A DNA stretch of 64,000 bases, taken from an uncultured Chloroflexia bacterium (GTDB lineage Bacteria > Chloroflexota > Limnocylindria > Limnocylindrales > CSP1-4). Location: positions 32,001 through 96,000 of the forward strand of contig CAWEYL010000005.1 in NCBI GenBank assembly GCA_963813335.1, given 5' to 3'. Under the pieces are notes generated by a model. The model saw only the letters and a program-made list of their open reading frames with translations. It was not told where the DNA came from and did no database searches. Shown piece after piece: positions 22,203 to 31,623 of this stretch (its first letter is position 1; every line of letters starts with the position of its first letter). Made by a program: the position numbers and the translations under genes.

Positions 22203-23446
22203 GCCGCCCGGCGGCGATGCGGCCAGTCGAGGACGAGGACGTCGAGGACCAGCTCCGGCGAGCCGTTGGCCGCGAGGAGGGTCGCCGCGCGTTCCGTCGC
22301 CGCGAGCGCCAGCGCGGCCGCGCCATCCGGCAGGTCCGCCGCGGCGGCGGTCAGCTCCTCGAGCAGGTCGGGGTCGCGGACCGCGCGGACGCCGCCGGCA
22401 CTGACCAGGGCGAGATCGCGCGCGACGTCGATCCAGACCGAGACGAGGATCTCGGCCGCGCGGCGCCGCAGCGGGGCCGGGATCGCGCGGCCGACGGCCG
22501 GCTCGGGCGGCTCATCGACGGTCACGTCCGCGGCCGGATCGTCGTCGGTCGCGGCCGGGGCAGGCGGCGGGCCGGTGCCGGCCGCCCCCTTCGCGGGACG
22601 TCGGCCCGAGCGCCCGGCGGTCTTCTCGCCGGCGCCATCCGCCACGGGGAGCGGGGCCATCGCGGCCTCCAGCGCGGTCGACATCGCGATGGCGATCGGC
22701 AGCGCCTCGCGCATGGCGACCAGTCGGCGCGCCGGTCGCGCGGCGAGGAGGTCCAGCAGGGTGCGCGCCAGCTCGGCGCGGGCACGGACCGCGTCGGGGG
22801 CGCGGGCGTAGGCGATGGCGACGCCGGGCCGGCCGGCCGCCAGCCGGGCCAGCCGGGAGGCGAGCGGGGCGTCGGCCACGCCGTGCTCGGCCAGGATCGC
22901 TTCGATGTCGCGCGGGCCGACCGGACCCAGCCGGATCCGCGCGCAGCGCGACCGGATCGTCGGCAGCAGCCGATCGACATCGTCGGCGCACAGGATGATC
23001 GTGACCCCGTCCGGGGTCTCCTCGAGCGTCTTGAGGAGCGCGCCCTGGGCGGCCTCGTTCATCCGGTGGGCCGATTCGATCACGGCGACGCGAGCGCCCC
23101 CCTCGAGCGGCATGAGCAGCAGGTCGCCGATGAGGTCGCGGACGCCGCGCAGCTTCTCGTCACGCCCGCCGATGACGACCTGGCCGCCCGGCCCCTCCGG
23201 CGCCACCACGTGGAGGTCCGGGTGATCGCCGTGCTCGACCAGGCGGCAGCCCCGACAGGTCCGGCACGGGCGCGCCGCGACGTCCGGGTGGACGCACAGC
23301 AGCCCCGCCGCGAGGTCCATCGCGAGCGTCGTCTTGCCGACCCCACCCGGGCCGCTGAGCAGGAGCGCGTGGGGCGCCCCGCCGCGGATCATCCCCTCGA
23401 CGGCGGCCAGCGCCGTGGCCTGGCCGCGCGTCCGGGCGCCGTCCAT
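22199..23446 (-). CDS. holB: DNA polymerase III subunit delta'
   Basis: HALLLSGPGGVGKTT, Zn motif C..PCRTCRGC, HPDL, ALLKTLEE, LLPTIRSRC. Confidence 0.9.
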   Translation of the reverse strand: MDGARTRGQATALAAVEGMIRGGAPHALLLSGPGGVGKTTLAMDLAAGLLCVHPDVAARPCRTCRGCRLVEHGDHPDLHVVAPEGPGGQVVIGGRDEKLRGVRDLIGDLLLMPLEGGARVAVIESAHRMNEAAQGALLKTLEETPDGVTIILCADDVDRLLPTIRSRCARIRLGPVGPRDIEAILAEHGVADAPLASRLARLAAGRPGVAIAYARAPDAVRARAELARTLLDLLAARPARRLVAMREALPIAIAMSTALEAAMAPLPVADGAGEKTAGRSGRRPAKGAAGTGPPPAPAATDDDPAADVTVDEPPEPAVGRAIPAPLRRRAAEILVSVWIDVARDLALVSAGGVRAVRDPDLLEELTAAAADLPDGAAALALAATERAATLLAANGSPELVLDVLVLDWPHRRRAA

Positions 23447-23461
23447 TCGCGTGGAGACGGC

Positions 23462-25276
23462 CTAGGCGGTCGGCGCCTTGCGCGGGGCGCGCGGCTTCTT
23501 CGCCGGTGCCTCGCCCGCATCGGTCCCTGCGACCGCGGCTGCCTTGGATGCGGCCGGCTTGCGGGTCGCCTTCGGCTTCGGGGCGGCGGCGTCGTCGGTC
23601 GCGGCGGCCGTGGCCGCCTTGGATGCGGCCGGCTTGCGGGTCGCCTTCGGCTTCGGGGCGGGGGCGTCGTCGGTCGCGGCGGCCGTGGCCGCCTTGGATG
23701 CGGCCGGCTTGCGGGTCGCCTTCGGCTTCGGGGCGGCGGCGTCGATCGGGGACTCGGGCACGGCTTCCGCGCGCGCCTCGGCCGGCCGCGAGGCGACCGG
23801 CTTGCTGGCGAGCTGGGCCATCAGCTGGGCCTCGAGCTCCGGCGGGACCTCGCTCCATTCGTCGCTGCCACGGCGCGGGGCCGGTGCAGCCCCACCGCCG
23901 CCACCGCTCGATGGACGGGGTCCGCGGTCGTACGACCGGTCCTGCCGCTGACCGGCGGCCGGGGTCCGTCCGCTCACGTCCGGATACCGGTTGATCCCCC
24001 CGCCGCCGCCGCGGCCATAGCGCTCGCGCGCCATCGCCGACTGGTAGGCCGCGCGACCGCCGCGGGCACCGCCGCCACCGCCCCCGCGACCCGCGTTACC
24101 GCGCCGCTGCTCGGCGATCAGGTATTCGGGGATCTCGGGCTCGTCGAAGTCTTCGTCGTCGCTGAGCGGCTTGAACGTCCCGGACGAGGCCGCCGGGGCG
24201 GCCGTCCCGAGCTGCGAATCCCAGACCGAGCCGAACGGCGTCGCCTTGGGGTTGCGCGGCGGGGCGACGATGTCCTCGAGCTCCTCGTGGTCCTCGTCGT
24301 CCTCCGGTTCGACCGCGTGGGTCCGCGCGCCGTTGGACGGTGCCTCGGTCCCGGCCGGTTCGCCCTCGCCACGGCCGCGTCCGCGTCCGCGTCCGCGGCC
24401 ACCGCGGCGGCGCCGGCGGCGGGTGCCGTCGCCGTCCTCGCCATTCGCGGCTCCGGGCAGCTCGACGACCTCGCCGTCGTCATCGAGGGTGAACACCTCG
24501 GCGGCGGCCAGGTCGGCCTCGGTGAGCGACCCCGGCAGGCGCGAGAGCCGCTCGCCGGGCAGCGCTACGAGGCCACCATCGACCGCAGCCGTCGCGGCGA
24601 CGGCTGCGGCGGCGACCGGGCGGGCCCGACCGCGTCCGCGCCCCGAGGCGGCCACCGGCTCCGGCTCGCCGGCACGGCCACGGCCTCGACCACGACCACG
24701 GCCACGGCCGGCACCGGTCCCCTCGGTCTGCTTGTCGGGGACCTCGGTCATCGAGAGGTCCTCGCCGTCGTCGCTGACGCGTCGACCGGAGCGCGAACCC
24801 TTCTCGACGCGCGCGAGCTGGATGATGTCGGTGAAGAGGTCGGCGACCTCGATCAGGTCGGAGCTGGTGTTGCCCCGGAAGCTGATGACCTCGCAGCGGA
24901 CGCCCATCTCCTGGACCGCCCGGATGGCCGGCGCGAAGTCGCCGTCACCGGAGACCACGATGGCGATATCGAGGTTCCGAGCGGTCTTCATCATGTCGAC
25001 CACGAGCTCGATGTCGAGGTTGGCCTTGACCTTGCCGTCCCCGTACTTGCGGATGTCCTTGCTGACGACCTTGTAGTTGCTCCGGCGCAGGAAGTCGTGG
25101 AAGTTGCGCTGGTTCTCGTTGTCCGGATCGAGACCTGTGTACGCGTACGCGCGCACGAGGTCCCGGCCGGCCGTGGCCGACTTGAGCAACGTGACGTAGT
25201 CGATGTCCACGCCGGCGGCCTTGGCCGCATAGAAGATGTTCGCCACGTCAACGAAGACGGCGACGTTCTTGCCCAC
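23462..25276 (-). CDS. NYN-domain (LabA/DUF88, PIN-fold) protein with a ~430-aa low-complexity C-terminal tail
   Basis: VFVDVANIFY, KANLDIELVVD, VVSGDGDFAPAI, SSDLIEVADLF; RG/acidic/PKA-rich tail. Confidence 0.9.
   Translation of the reverse strand: MGKNVAVFVDVANIFYAAKAAGVDIDYVTLLKSATAGRDLVRAYAYTGLDPDNENQRNFHDFLRRSNYKVVSKDIRKYGDGKVKANLDIELVVDMMKTARNLDIAIVVSGDGDFAPAIRAVQEMGVRCEVISFRGNTSSDLIEVADLFTDIIQLARVEKGSRSGRRVSDDGEDLSMTEVPDKQTEGTGAGRGRGRGRGRGRAGEPEPVAASGRGRGRARPVAAAAVAATAAVDGGLVALPGERLSRLPGSLTEADLAAAEVFTLDDDGEVVELPGAANGEDGDGTRRRRRRGGRGRGRGRGRGEGEPAGTEAPSNGARTHAVEPEDDEDHEELEDIVAPPRNPKATPFGSVWDSQLGTAAPAASSGTFKPLSDDEDFDEPEIPEYLIAEQRRGNAGRGGGGGGARGGRAAYQSAMARERYGRGGGGGINRYPDVSGRTPAAGQRQDRSYDRGPRPSSGGGGGAAPAPRRGSDEWSEVPPELEAQLMAQLASKPVASRPAEARAEAVPESPIDAAAPKPKATRKPAASKAATAAATDDAPAPKPKATRKPAASKAATAAATDDAAAPKPKATRKPAASKAAAVAGTDAGEAPAKKPRAPRKAPTA
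23541..23744. repeat. 75-bp tandem repeat (~2.7 copies) encoding PKPKATRKPAASKAATAAATDDA
   Basis: gccttggatgcggccggcttgcgggtcgccttcggcttcgggg recurs at 23541, 23616 and 23691. Confidence 0.95.
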
Positions 25277-25337
25277 TCTGACTCCTTGAGTTAGGGATCC
25301 ACCCGGCCGGCGCGAGCACGCTGCACGGCGGGCAGGT

Positions 25338-25805
25338 TCATGAGGAGTGACGCCCGGCAGCTCCAGCCGCCGTCACGATGCGTTGCAGTCGAGGTCCAGC
25401 CACGTCGAAGCCCATCCCTTCCAGGCGGGCCCGGGCGACAGGGTCATCCGGCCGAACGGTCTCGACGACCGTGCAGCCCTTGTTGCTGGCCGATCGCAGG
25501 AGTTCGTCGACGAGCGCCTCCGTGATCCGTTCCGCATCGTGGTCCGGGTCGACGACCAGCAGGTCGATCGTGCCCACGTACCCGCCGGAATGGACCGACG
25601 GACGAAGCGCGAGGACGGCCCCGCCCACGATGAGACGCCGCGATTCCGCGACGACGATGCTGGCCTGCGGCAGGTAGACGAGCTGGCGCATGAGATCCGC
25701 GGCGGCGAGCGGTCCGCCGGCAGCGGTCATCGACAGGGCGCCGTCGCTCAAGGCGACGAGACGGTCGATGTCCGTGACACGGGCGGCTCGGACCAGGTAT
25801 TCCAC
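25338..25805 (-). CDS. GNAT-family N-acetyltransferase
   Basis: VRAARVTDIDRL, GTIDLLVVDPDH, ASNKGCTVVE, LEGMGF; the acetyl-CoA motif A appears divergent. Confidence 0.75.
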   Translation of the reverse strand: MEYLVRAARVTDIDRLVALSDGALSMTAAGGPLAAADLMRQLVYLPQASIVVAESRRLIVGGAVLALRPSVHSGGYVGTIDLLVVDPDHDAERITEALVDELLRSASNKGCTVVETVRPDDPVARARLEGMGFDVAGPRLQRIVTAAGAAGRHSS

Positions 25806-25945
25806 GCGGGCGGGGTACCTCGCAGGGCCGGCGATCCGTCGCCCCCGACCGGAGCTCGAGCAGGGGTCGTACCGATCTCGCGCTCCCCTCGTCGGCGGCG
25901 AGCGAAAGCGCTCGCGACAGGCTGACGGGGCGCGGCCGACCGGTA

Positions 25946-25982
25946 TTGCAATCGGAACGCCGATGCCTATGATACGGCATCG
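25946..25982 (+). promoter_or_regulatory. Sigma70-type promoter of the liv operon with an inverted repeat over the -10
   Basis: TTGCAA (25946)-N16-TATGAT (25968); CGATGCC-N8-GGCATCG at 25961-25982. Confidence 0.55.
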
Positions 25983-26177
25983 CTTCGGCGGCCACCTGCG
26001 CGCCGCTCGGACGCGGGCTCGTAGCCACCACCCGTCACGCACCAGTGCCCGGCATGCGCGGCCCTCCGAGGGGGGCGGCCAGCGCCACCGGGCTCCGGGC
26101 GCCGGGGGTTCGGCTCCGATCCGCGTCGCGGGTCGCCTGCACGGGTGGATTCGACCGGTGATTTGGAGGAGTACTGG

Positions 26178-27473
26178 ATGAAACTGCACAGGATCGGTGC
26201 GCTCGCGGCCGTCAGCGTCTTGGCGTTCGCAGCGTGCAACAGCAGCGGCTCGAGCGCCGCACCGAGCACGGCGGCCAGCGGTGGCGCGGTCGCGACGCCC
26301 GGCGACACCAGCAAGGGCACGGTGAACATCGCGATCGAGCTCCCGCAGCAGGGCAGCGAGCTCGCGGCGTCCCAGCCGATCATCAACGGCATCCTGCTTG
26401 CCGTGAAGGAAGCCGGCGGCGCCGCCGGCGGGTACAAGATCGAGATCCCCAAGGAAGTCATCTTCGATGACGCCAAGGACGGCGTGCACGACCCGCAGAC
26501 GGGTGCCCAGAACATGGGCAACATCGTCGGCCTCGACAAGGTCGTCGCCGTCATCGGCCCGCTCAACTCGAGCGTCGCCAAGGTCCAGATCCCGATCAGC
26601 AACGAGGCTGGCCTGTTCCAGTGCAGCCCGGCCAACACCAACGAAGGCCTGACCAAGCCGGAGTTCGGCGCCCTCGACATCCGCAAGGCGAACCCCACGA
26701 AGATCAACTACGTGCGGGTCGTCACCACGGACGACAACCAGGGCCCGGCGGCTGCCAAGTACATCCTCGAGGTCCTTGGCAAGAAGAACGTCTACATCAT
26801 CGATAGCACCGACACGTTCGGGAAGGGCATCGCCGACAACTTCCAGAAGTACCTGGAAGCCAACGGCGGGAAGACCGTCGCCCGCGACGGCGCCCCGAAG
26901 GGCACCTCGGACTACAGCGCGCTCATGACCGCCGCGGCGGCCGCCAAGCCGGAGGCGATCTACTTCGGTGGCGTCACGGCCGACGGTGGTGCGCGCATCC
27001 TCAAGGCCGCGGTCGCGGCCGGCATGGCCGACATCCCGTTCATCGGGCCGGACGGCATCTATGACGGCAGCGCGGCGACCAAGGACTCGTTCCTGAACCT
27101 GGCCGGCGACGACGCCAAGAACTCCTACGCGACGGCCGCCGCGGTCGGGGACTTCCCCGGTCGTGAGGACTTCGCCAAGCGGTTCAAGGCTGAGTACAGC
27201 TCGGATCCGACCGGCTACAGCGCGACTGGCTACGCCTGCGCGCAGGTCGTCATCGACGCCCTCAACCGGGCGGCGGCATCGGCCGACATGAAGGCGCTCC
27301 GTGAGGCCGTCCGTGTCGCCGGTGTCGACACGACCCACAAGTACACGTCGGTGATCGGCGAGTTCACGTTCGACGCGAACGGCGACACGAGCCAGAAGAT
27401 CATCTCGTTCTACGGCTTCGACGCGGCGACCAAGGACTGGGCCTTCAAGTCCCAGCTCGACTTCGCCAAGTAA
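26178..27473 (+). CDS. livK: Branched-chain amino acid ABC substrate-binding lipoprotein
   Basis: GGAGG RBS; lipobox FAAC; VIGPLNSSVA, SPANTN, RVVTTDDNQG, IYFGG. Confidence 0.9.
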   Translation: MKLHRIGALAAVSVLAFAACNSSGSSAAPSTAASGGAVATPGDTSKGTVNIAIELPQQGSELAASQPIINGILLAVKEAGGAAGGYKIEIPKEVIFDDAKDGVHDPQTGAQNMGNIVGLDKVVAVIGPLNSSVAKVQIPISNEAGLFQCSPANTNEGLTKPEFGALDIRKANPTKINYVRVVTTDDNQGPAAAKYILEVLGKKNVYIIDSTDTFGKGIADNFQKYLEANGGKTVARDGAPKGTSDYSALMTAAAAAKPEAIYFGGVTADGGARILKAAVAAGMADIPFIGPDGIYDGSAATKDSFLNLAGDDAKNSYATAAAVGDFPGREDFAKRFKAEYSSDPTGYSATGYACAQVVIDALNRAAASADMKALREAVRVAGVDTTHKYTSVIGEFTFDANGDTSQKIISFYGFDAATKDWAFKSQLDFAK

Positions 27474-27487
27474 GACCGCAGTGACGG

Positions 27488-27516
27488 GGGCCGGGGATCC
27501 AGCGGATCCCCGGCCC
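27488..27516 (+). terminator. 13-bp perfect stem-loop after livK
   Basis: GGGCCGGGGATCC-AGC-GGATCCCCGGCCC followed by a pyrimidine run. Confidence 0.7.
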
Positions 27517-27562
27517 TCTCTCTACTCCCACTTGATCGTCCTGCGATAGCCAGAGGTCGACC

Positions 27563-28636
27563 GTGACGGCTGCGTCTAGCTCCGGGAGCCCCGCCGATCG
27601 CGGTCGCATCGACCCGCGGCTCCGACTGCTCGGCACCTGCCTGCTCGGGATCGTCATCTACTACCTGGTCCTGAGCGTCATGGTGGAGGGCGGCTCGGCC
27701 GTCGCGGCCCAGCAGGTCGGCAACGCCCTCACGCTGGGCGCCATCTACTCGCTCGTGGCCCTCGGCTACACGATGGTCTACGGCATCATCGAGCTCATCA
27801 ACTTCGCCCACGGCGACGTGTTCATGGTCGGCACGTTCATGTCGTTGTTCTTCCTGTCGAGCCCGCCGGCGCCGCTCGACTTCCTCGGCCTGCATCTCCA
27901 CGGACCCATCGCCGAGCCGATCACGCTGGCGCTCGTCATGTTCGCGGCCTTCGTCTTCGGGATGACGGTGATGGGCCTCATCAACGTGACCATCGAGCGC
28001 TTCGCCTACCGACCGCTGCGCCATGCCCCGCGGGTCGCCCCGCTGATCACCGCGATCGGCGTCTCGCTGATCCTGCAGAACATCATGCAGATCATCGTCG
28101 GGACCGGCGACCGCCTCGTGCCGCAGGTCTTCCCCAACACCAAGATCTCGATCATGGGCGCCAGCATCGGCGTCCTGAACATCTTCATCCTCGCGGTGTC
28201 GCTGTCCCTGATGTACGTCCTGGTGCTGTTCGTCGGGCGCACCCGGCTCGGCCGCGCGATGCGCGCCACCGCCCAGGACCAGCAGGCCGCCCAGCTGATG
28301 GGCGTCGACCTCAACCAGACGATCGCGATCACGTTCCTCATCGGTGGCGCCCTCGCCGGCGCCGCGGGCGTCTTCCAGGGCCAGTACTTCGGGTTCGTGC
28401 GCTTCGATCTCGGGTTCAACGCCGGCCTGAAGGCCTTCACGGCCGCCGTCCTCGGCGGCATCGGCAACCTGGCCGGCGCGGTGCTCGGCGGATTCATGAT
28501 CGCGTTCATCGAGGTCTTCGCCGCGGCGAACGGACAGCAGCGCTGGTCCCAGGCCATCCTGTTCATGGTCCTGATCCTCGTGCTGGTCTTCCGTCCGAGC
28601 GGCATCCTCGGCCAGCAGATCGGGGAGCGGGCATGA
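27563..28636 (+). CDS. livH: BCAA ABC permease
   Basis: ALGYTMVYGIIELINFAHGD, GRAMRATAQD, KAFTAAVLGGIG. Confidence 0.93.
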   Translation: MTAASSSGSPADRGRIDPRLRLLGTCLLGIVIYYLVLSVMVEGGSAVAAQQVGNALTLGAIYSLVALGYTMVYGIIELINFAHGDVFMVGTFMSLFFLSSPPAPLDFLGLHLHGPIAEPITLALVMFAAFVFGMTVMGLINVTIERFAYRPLRHAPRVAPLITAIGVSLILQNIMQIIVGTGDRLVPQVFPNTKISIMGASIGVLNIFILAVSLSLMYVLVLFVGRTRLGRAMRATAQDQQAAQLMGVDLNQTIAITFLIGGALAGAAGVFQGQYFGFVRFDLGFNAGLKAFTAAVLGGIGNLAGAVLGGFMIAFIEVFAAANGQQRWSQAILFMVLILVLVFRPSGILGQQIGERA

Positions 28637-29811
28637 CCGCCGGGACGGCCGGGGCGGCGCGGACCGCGCCATCGAAGCCGGCGTCGACCCGCGACCGGCT
28701 GACCGACTACCTCCAGATCCACCGCTCGACGACGATCATCCTGGTGATGACCGCGGTGACGCTGGGCCTGCCGCTGCTGGCCATCGTCCCGCCGTTCAGC
28801 TTCTTCCAGAAGCAGGACGTCTGGCTGTCCGGGTTCTCGAACGCCGGGGTCTTCGTGCTCCTCGCGCTGGGGCTCAACATCGTCGTCGGCCTGGCCGGCC
28901 TGCTCGACCTGGGCTACGCCGCCTTCTTCGCCATCGGCGCGTACGTCTATGCCTATGGCGCCTCGCCGTACTCCGGCCTGCACTTGCCGTTCCTGGTCAT
29001 GCTGGCGATCGCACCGCTCGTGGCCGCCACCTTCGGGGTGCTACTCGGCGCGCCGACCCTCCGTCTGCGCGGCGACTACCTGGCGATCGTCACCCTCGGC
29101 TTCGGCGAGATCGTCCCGATCGTCTTCCTGAACGCGGAGAAGTTCACCGAGGGCACCAACGGCATCGGCGGCATCTACAAGCCGGAGCTGCCGTTCGTGG
29201 AGTTCACGCTCCTGAACCCGTGGCCGTTCTACGTGCTCATGGCGGTGATGCTCACGATCACCATGATCCTGATCTACCGGTTACAGGATTCCCGGATCGG
29301 CAGATCCTGGATGGCCATCCGCGAGGATGAGCTGGCGGCCGCCGCCAGCGGCCTGAACACGGTCACGACCAAGCTGCTCGCGTTCGCCCTGGGCGCCTCC
29401 ACCGCCGGCCTCGCCGGGGTGTTCAACGCCTCCAAGCTCACGCTCGTCAGCCCGGACCAGTTCCTCTCGACGGTGTCGTTCTCCATCCTGGCGATGATCG
29501 TCCTCGGCGGCATGGGCAACATCTGGGGCGTCGCGCTCGGCGCGTTCGTCGTCTACACCATCCAGGTCGTCTTCCTCAAGCAGCTGAACACGTTCTTCGC
29601 CGCGTTGCAGGTGCCGATCCTCAAGGACCTCAACTTCGTGCAGTACCAGCTCCTGCTCTACGGCCTGGCCCTGGTGCTGATGATGTTGTTCCGCCCCGAG
29701 GGCCTGTTCCCCTCCAGACGTCGCAAGCGGGAGCTCCATGCCGCCGATGACCTCGGCGACATGGCCCTGGTCGGCGAGCAGGAGATCGGCGTGAGCGAGC
29801 TCGATCGATGA
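28633..29811 (+). CDS. livM: BCAA ABC permease
   Basis: GLAGLLDLGYAAFFAIGAY, LRLRGDYLAIVTLGFGEI, AIREDELAA, RPEGL. Confidence 0.93.
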   Translation: MTAGTAGAARTAPSKPASTRDRLTDYLQIHRSTTIILVMTAVTLGLPLLAIVPPFSFFQKQDVWLSGFSNAGVFVLLALGLNIVVGLAGLLDLGYAAFFAIGAYVYAYGASPYSGLHLPFLVMLAIAPLVAATFGVLLGAPTLRLRGDYLAIVTLGFGEIVPIVFLNAEKFTEGTNGIGGIYKPELPFVEFTLLNPWPFYVLMAVMLTITMILIYRLQDSRIGRSWMAIREDELAAAASGLNTVTTKLLAFALGASTAGLAGVFNASKLTLVSPDQFLSTVSFSILAMIVLGGMGNIWGVALGAFVVYTIQVVFLKQLNTFFAALQVPILKDLNFVQYQLLLYGLALVLMMLFRPEGLFPSRRRKRELHAADDLGDMALVGEQEIGVSELDR

Positions 29812-30818
29812 CGGCCTCGTTACCGGACGACGGCACGGTGCTCGCCGCCGACCACATCACGAAGCGCTTCGGCGGCCTGCTCGCGATCAACGACATCAGC
29901 TTCGACATCCCGCGCGGCGCGATCGTCAGCCTGATCGGGCCGAACGGCGCGGGCAAGACCACGTTCTTCAACATCATCGCGGGCATCTACGACCCGACCA
30001 AGGGGTCGGTCGCCGTCGAGGGCCGCCGCCTGATCGCCCACTCCGTGCGCGGCTACCTCGAGCCGTTCGTGTGGACCGTCCCGGCCGTCGTCGTCGCGAT
30101 CCTGACGGCGATCGCCACGGTGGCATCGGGCTCGGAGACCACCGGGATCATCGGTCTCGCGCTGACGCTGGGGACGCTGACCACGATGCTGATCTCGGCC
30201 GTCGCCCGGCCGGCGTGGTACACCCGGCTGCTCAACCGGCTCGGGATCTTCCGGAGCGCCCGGCCGAACGACATGGTCGAGGCCGGCCTCGGCCGGACCT
30301 TCCAGAACATCCGCCTGTTCCAGAACATGACCGCGACCGAGAACGTCCTCGTCGGGATGCATATCAAGCTCCGGGCGAACATCGTCGACGCGATGCTCTC
30401 GACGCCGAAGAACCGCCGTGAGGAGGTTTCCTCCCGGCAGCGGGCCAACGAGCTCCTGAACCTCGTCGGGCTGCGCAATCGCGGCGAGGACCTGGCCAAG
30501 AGCCTGCCGTACGGCGACCAGCGGCGACTGGAGGTGGCGCGTGCGCTCGCGAGCGATCCGAAGCTCCTCCTGCTCGACGAGCCGACGGCCGGGATGAACC
30601 CGAACGAGACGGCCCAGATGATGGCCCTGATCAACAAGCTCCGGACAGAGCTGGGGCTGACCGTCCTCCTCATCGAGCACGACATGAAGGTGGTCATGGG
30701 CATCAGCGACCGGGTCACCGTGCTGGACCACGGCGAGAAGATCGCCGAGGGGACGCCGGAGGATGTCCGGAAGGACCCCAAGGTCATCGAGGCCTACCTC
30801 GGAGCCCCGGCTGTATGA
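29808..30818 (+). CDS. livG: BCAA ABC ATP-binding protein with an internal hydrophobic insertion
   Basis: GPNGAGKTT, RTFQNIRLF, LPYGDQRRLE, LLDEPTAGMN, IEHDM, VIEAYLG. Confidence 0.92.
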   Translation: MTASLPDDGTVLAADHITKRFGGLLAINDISFDIPRGAIVSLIGPNGAGKTTFFNIIAGIYDPTKGSVAVEGRRLIAHSVRGYLEPFVWTVPAVVVAILTAIATVASGSETTGIIGLALTLGTLTTMLISAVARPAWYTRLLNRLGIFRSARPNDMVEAGLGRTFQNIRLFQNMTATENVLVGMHIKLRANIVDAMLSTPKNRREEVSSRQRANELLNLVGLRNRGEDLAKSLPYGDQRRLEVARALASDPKLLLLDEPTAGMNPNETAQMMALINKLRTELGLTVLLIEHDMKVVMGISDRVTVLDHGEKIAEGTPEDVRKDPKVIEAYLGAPAV

Positions 30819-31576
30819 CGACCGCGACCGTGGCCGCCACCGACACGCCGCGCGGGGAGCCGGGCGAGACCCTCCTCCACCTCGACGGCGTCCACACCTA
30901 CTACGGCCATATCCACGCCCTGCAGGGCGTCTCGCTCGATGTCCGGCGCGGCGAGATCGTGACCTTGATCGGCGCGAACGGAGCCGGCAAGACGACGACC
31001 CTCAAGACGATCTCCGGGCTGCTCCATCCGAGATCCGGGACCATCACCTTCGAAGGCAAGGACATCTCGAAGGCGAACGCGCACGACCTGGTCCGCGCCG
31101 GCATCAGCCAGGCGCCCGAGGCCCGCCGGATCTTCTCGCGCATGACCGTCCTGGAGAACCTCCAGATGGGCGGCTTCACGCGGCCGACGAAGGAGCTCGC
31201 CCAGGACACCGAGCGGGTCATGACGCTGTTCCCGCGCCTGCGCGAGCGCACCCACCAGCAGGGTGGGACGCTGTCGGGCGGCGAGCAGCAGATGCTCGCG
31301 ATCGGACGGGCCCTGATGGCCCGGCCGCGGGTCCTGCTGCTCGACGAGCCATCGCTGGGGCTCGCCCCCATCCTCGTCCAGCAGATCTTCGCGATCATCC
31401 GCGAGATCAACGACGCCGGGACGACGATCCTGCTCGTCGAGCAGAACGCGCTCCAGGCGCTCACCGTGGCGCATCGCGGCTACGTCCTCCAGACCGGGAC
31501 GGTCCTCCTGTCCGGCCCGGCGTCGGAGCTGATCACCAACGACATGGTGCGAAAGGCCTACCTCGGCGAGGTCTGA
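30815..31576 (+). CDS. livF: BCAA ABC ATP-binding protein
   Basis: GANGAGKTT, PEARRIF, LSGGEQQMLAIGRAL, DEPSLGLAP, VRKAYLG. Confidence 0.95.
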   Translation: MTTATVAATDTPRGEPGETLLHLDGVHTYYGHIHALQGVSLDVRRGEIVTLIGANGAGKTTTLKTISGLLHPRSGTITFEGKDISKANAHDLVRAGISQAPEARRIFSRMTVLENLQMGGFTRPTKELAQDTERVMTLFPRLRERTHQQGGTLSGGEQQMLAIGRALMARPRVLLLDEPSLGLAPILVQQIFAIIREINDAGTTILLVEQNALQALTVAHRGYVLQTGTVLLSGPASELITNDMVRKAYLGEV

Positions 31577-31623
31577 CCCCGGATGATCCCGACCCCGACC
31601 GCCACGGACCGGGGCGGCCGGCG

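Noticed and set aside
23541-23744. CRISPR-like array
   Set aside because: The 'spacers' are near-identical, the period is a multiple of 3 inside a CDS, and there are no cas genes.
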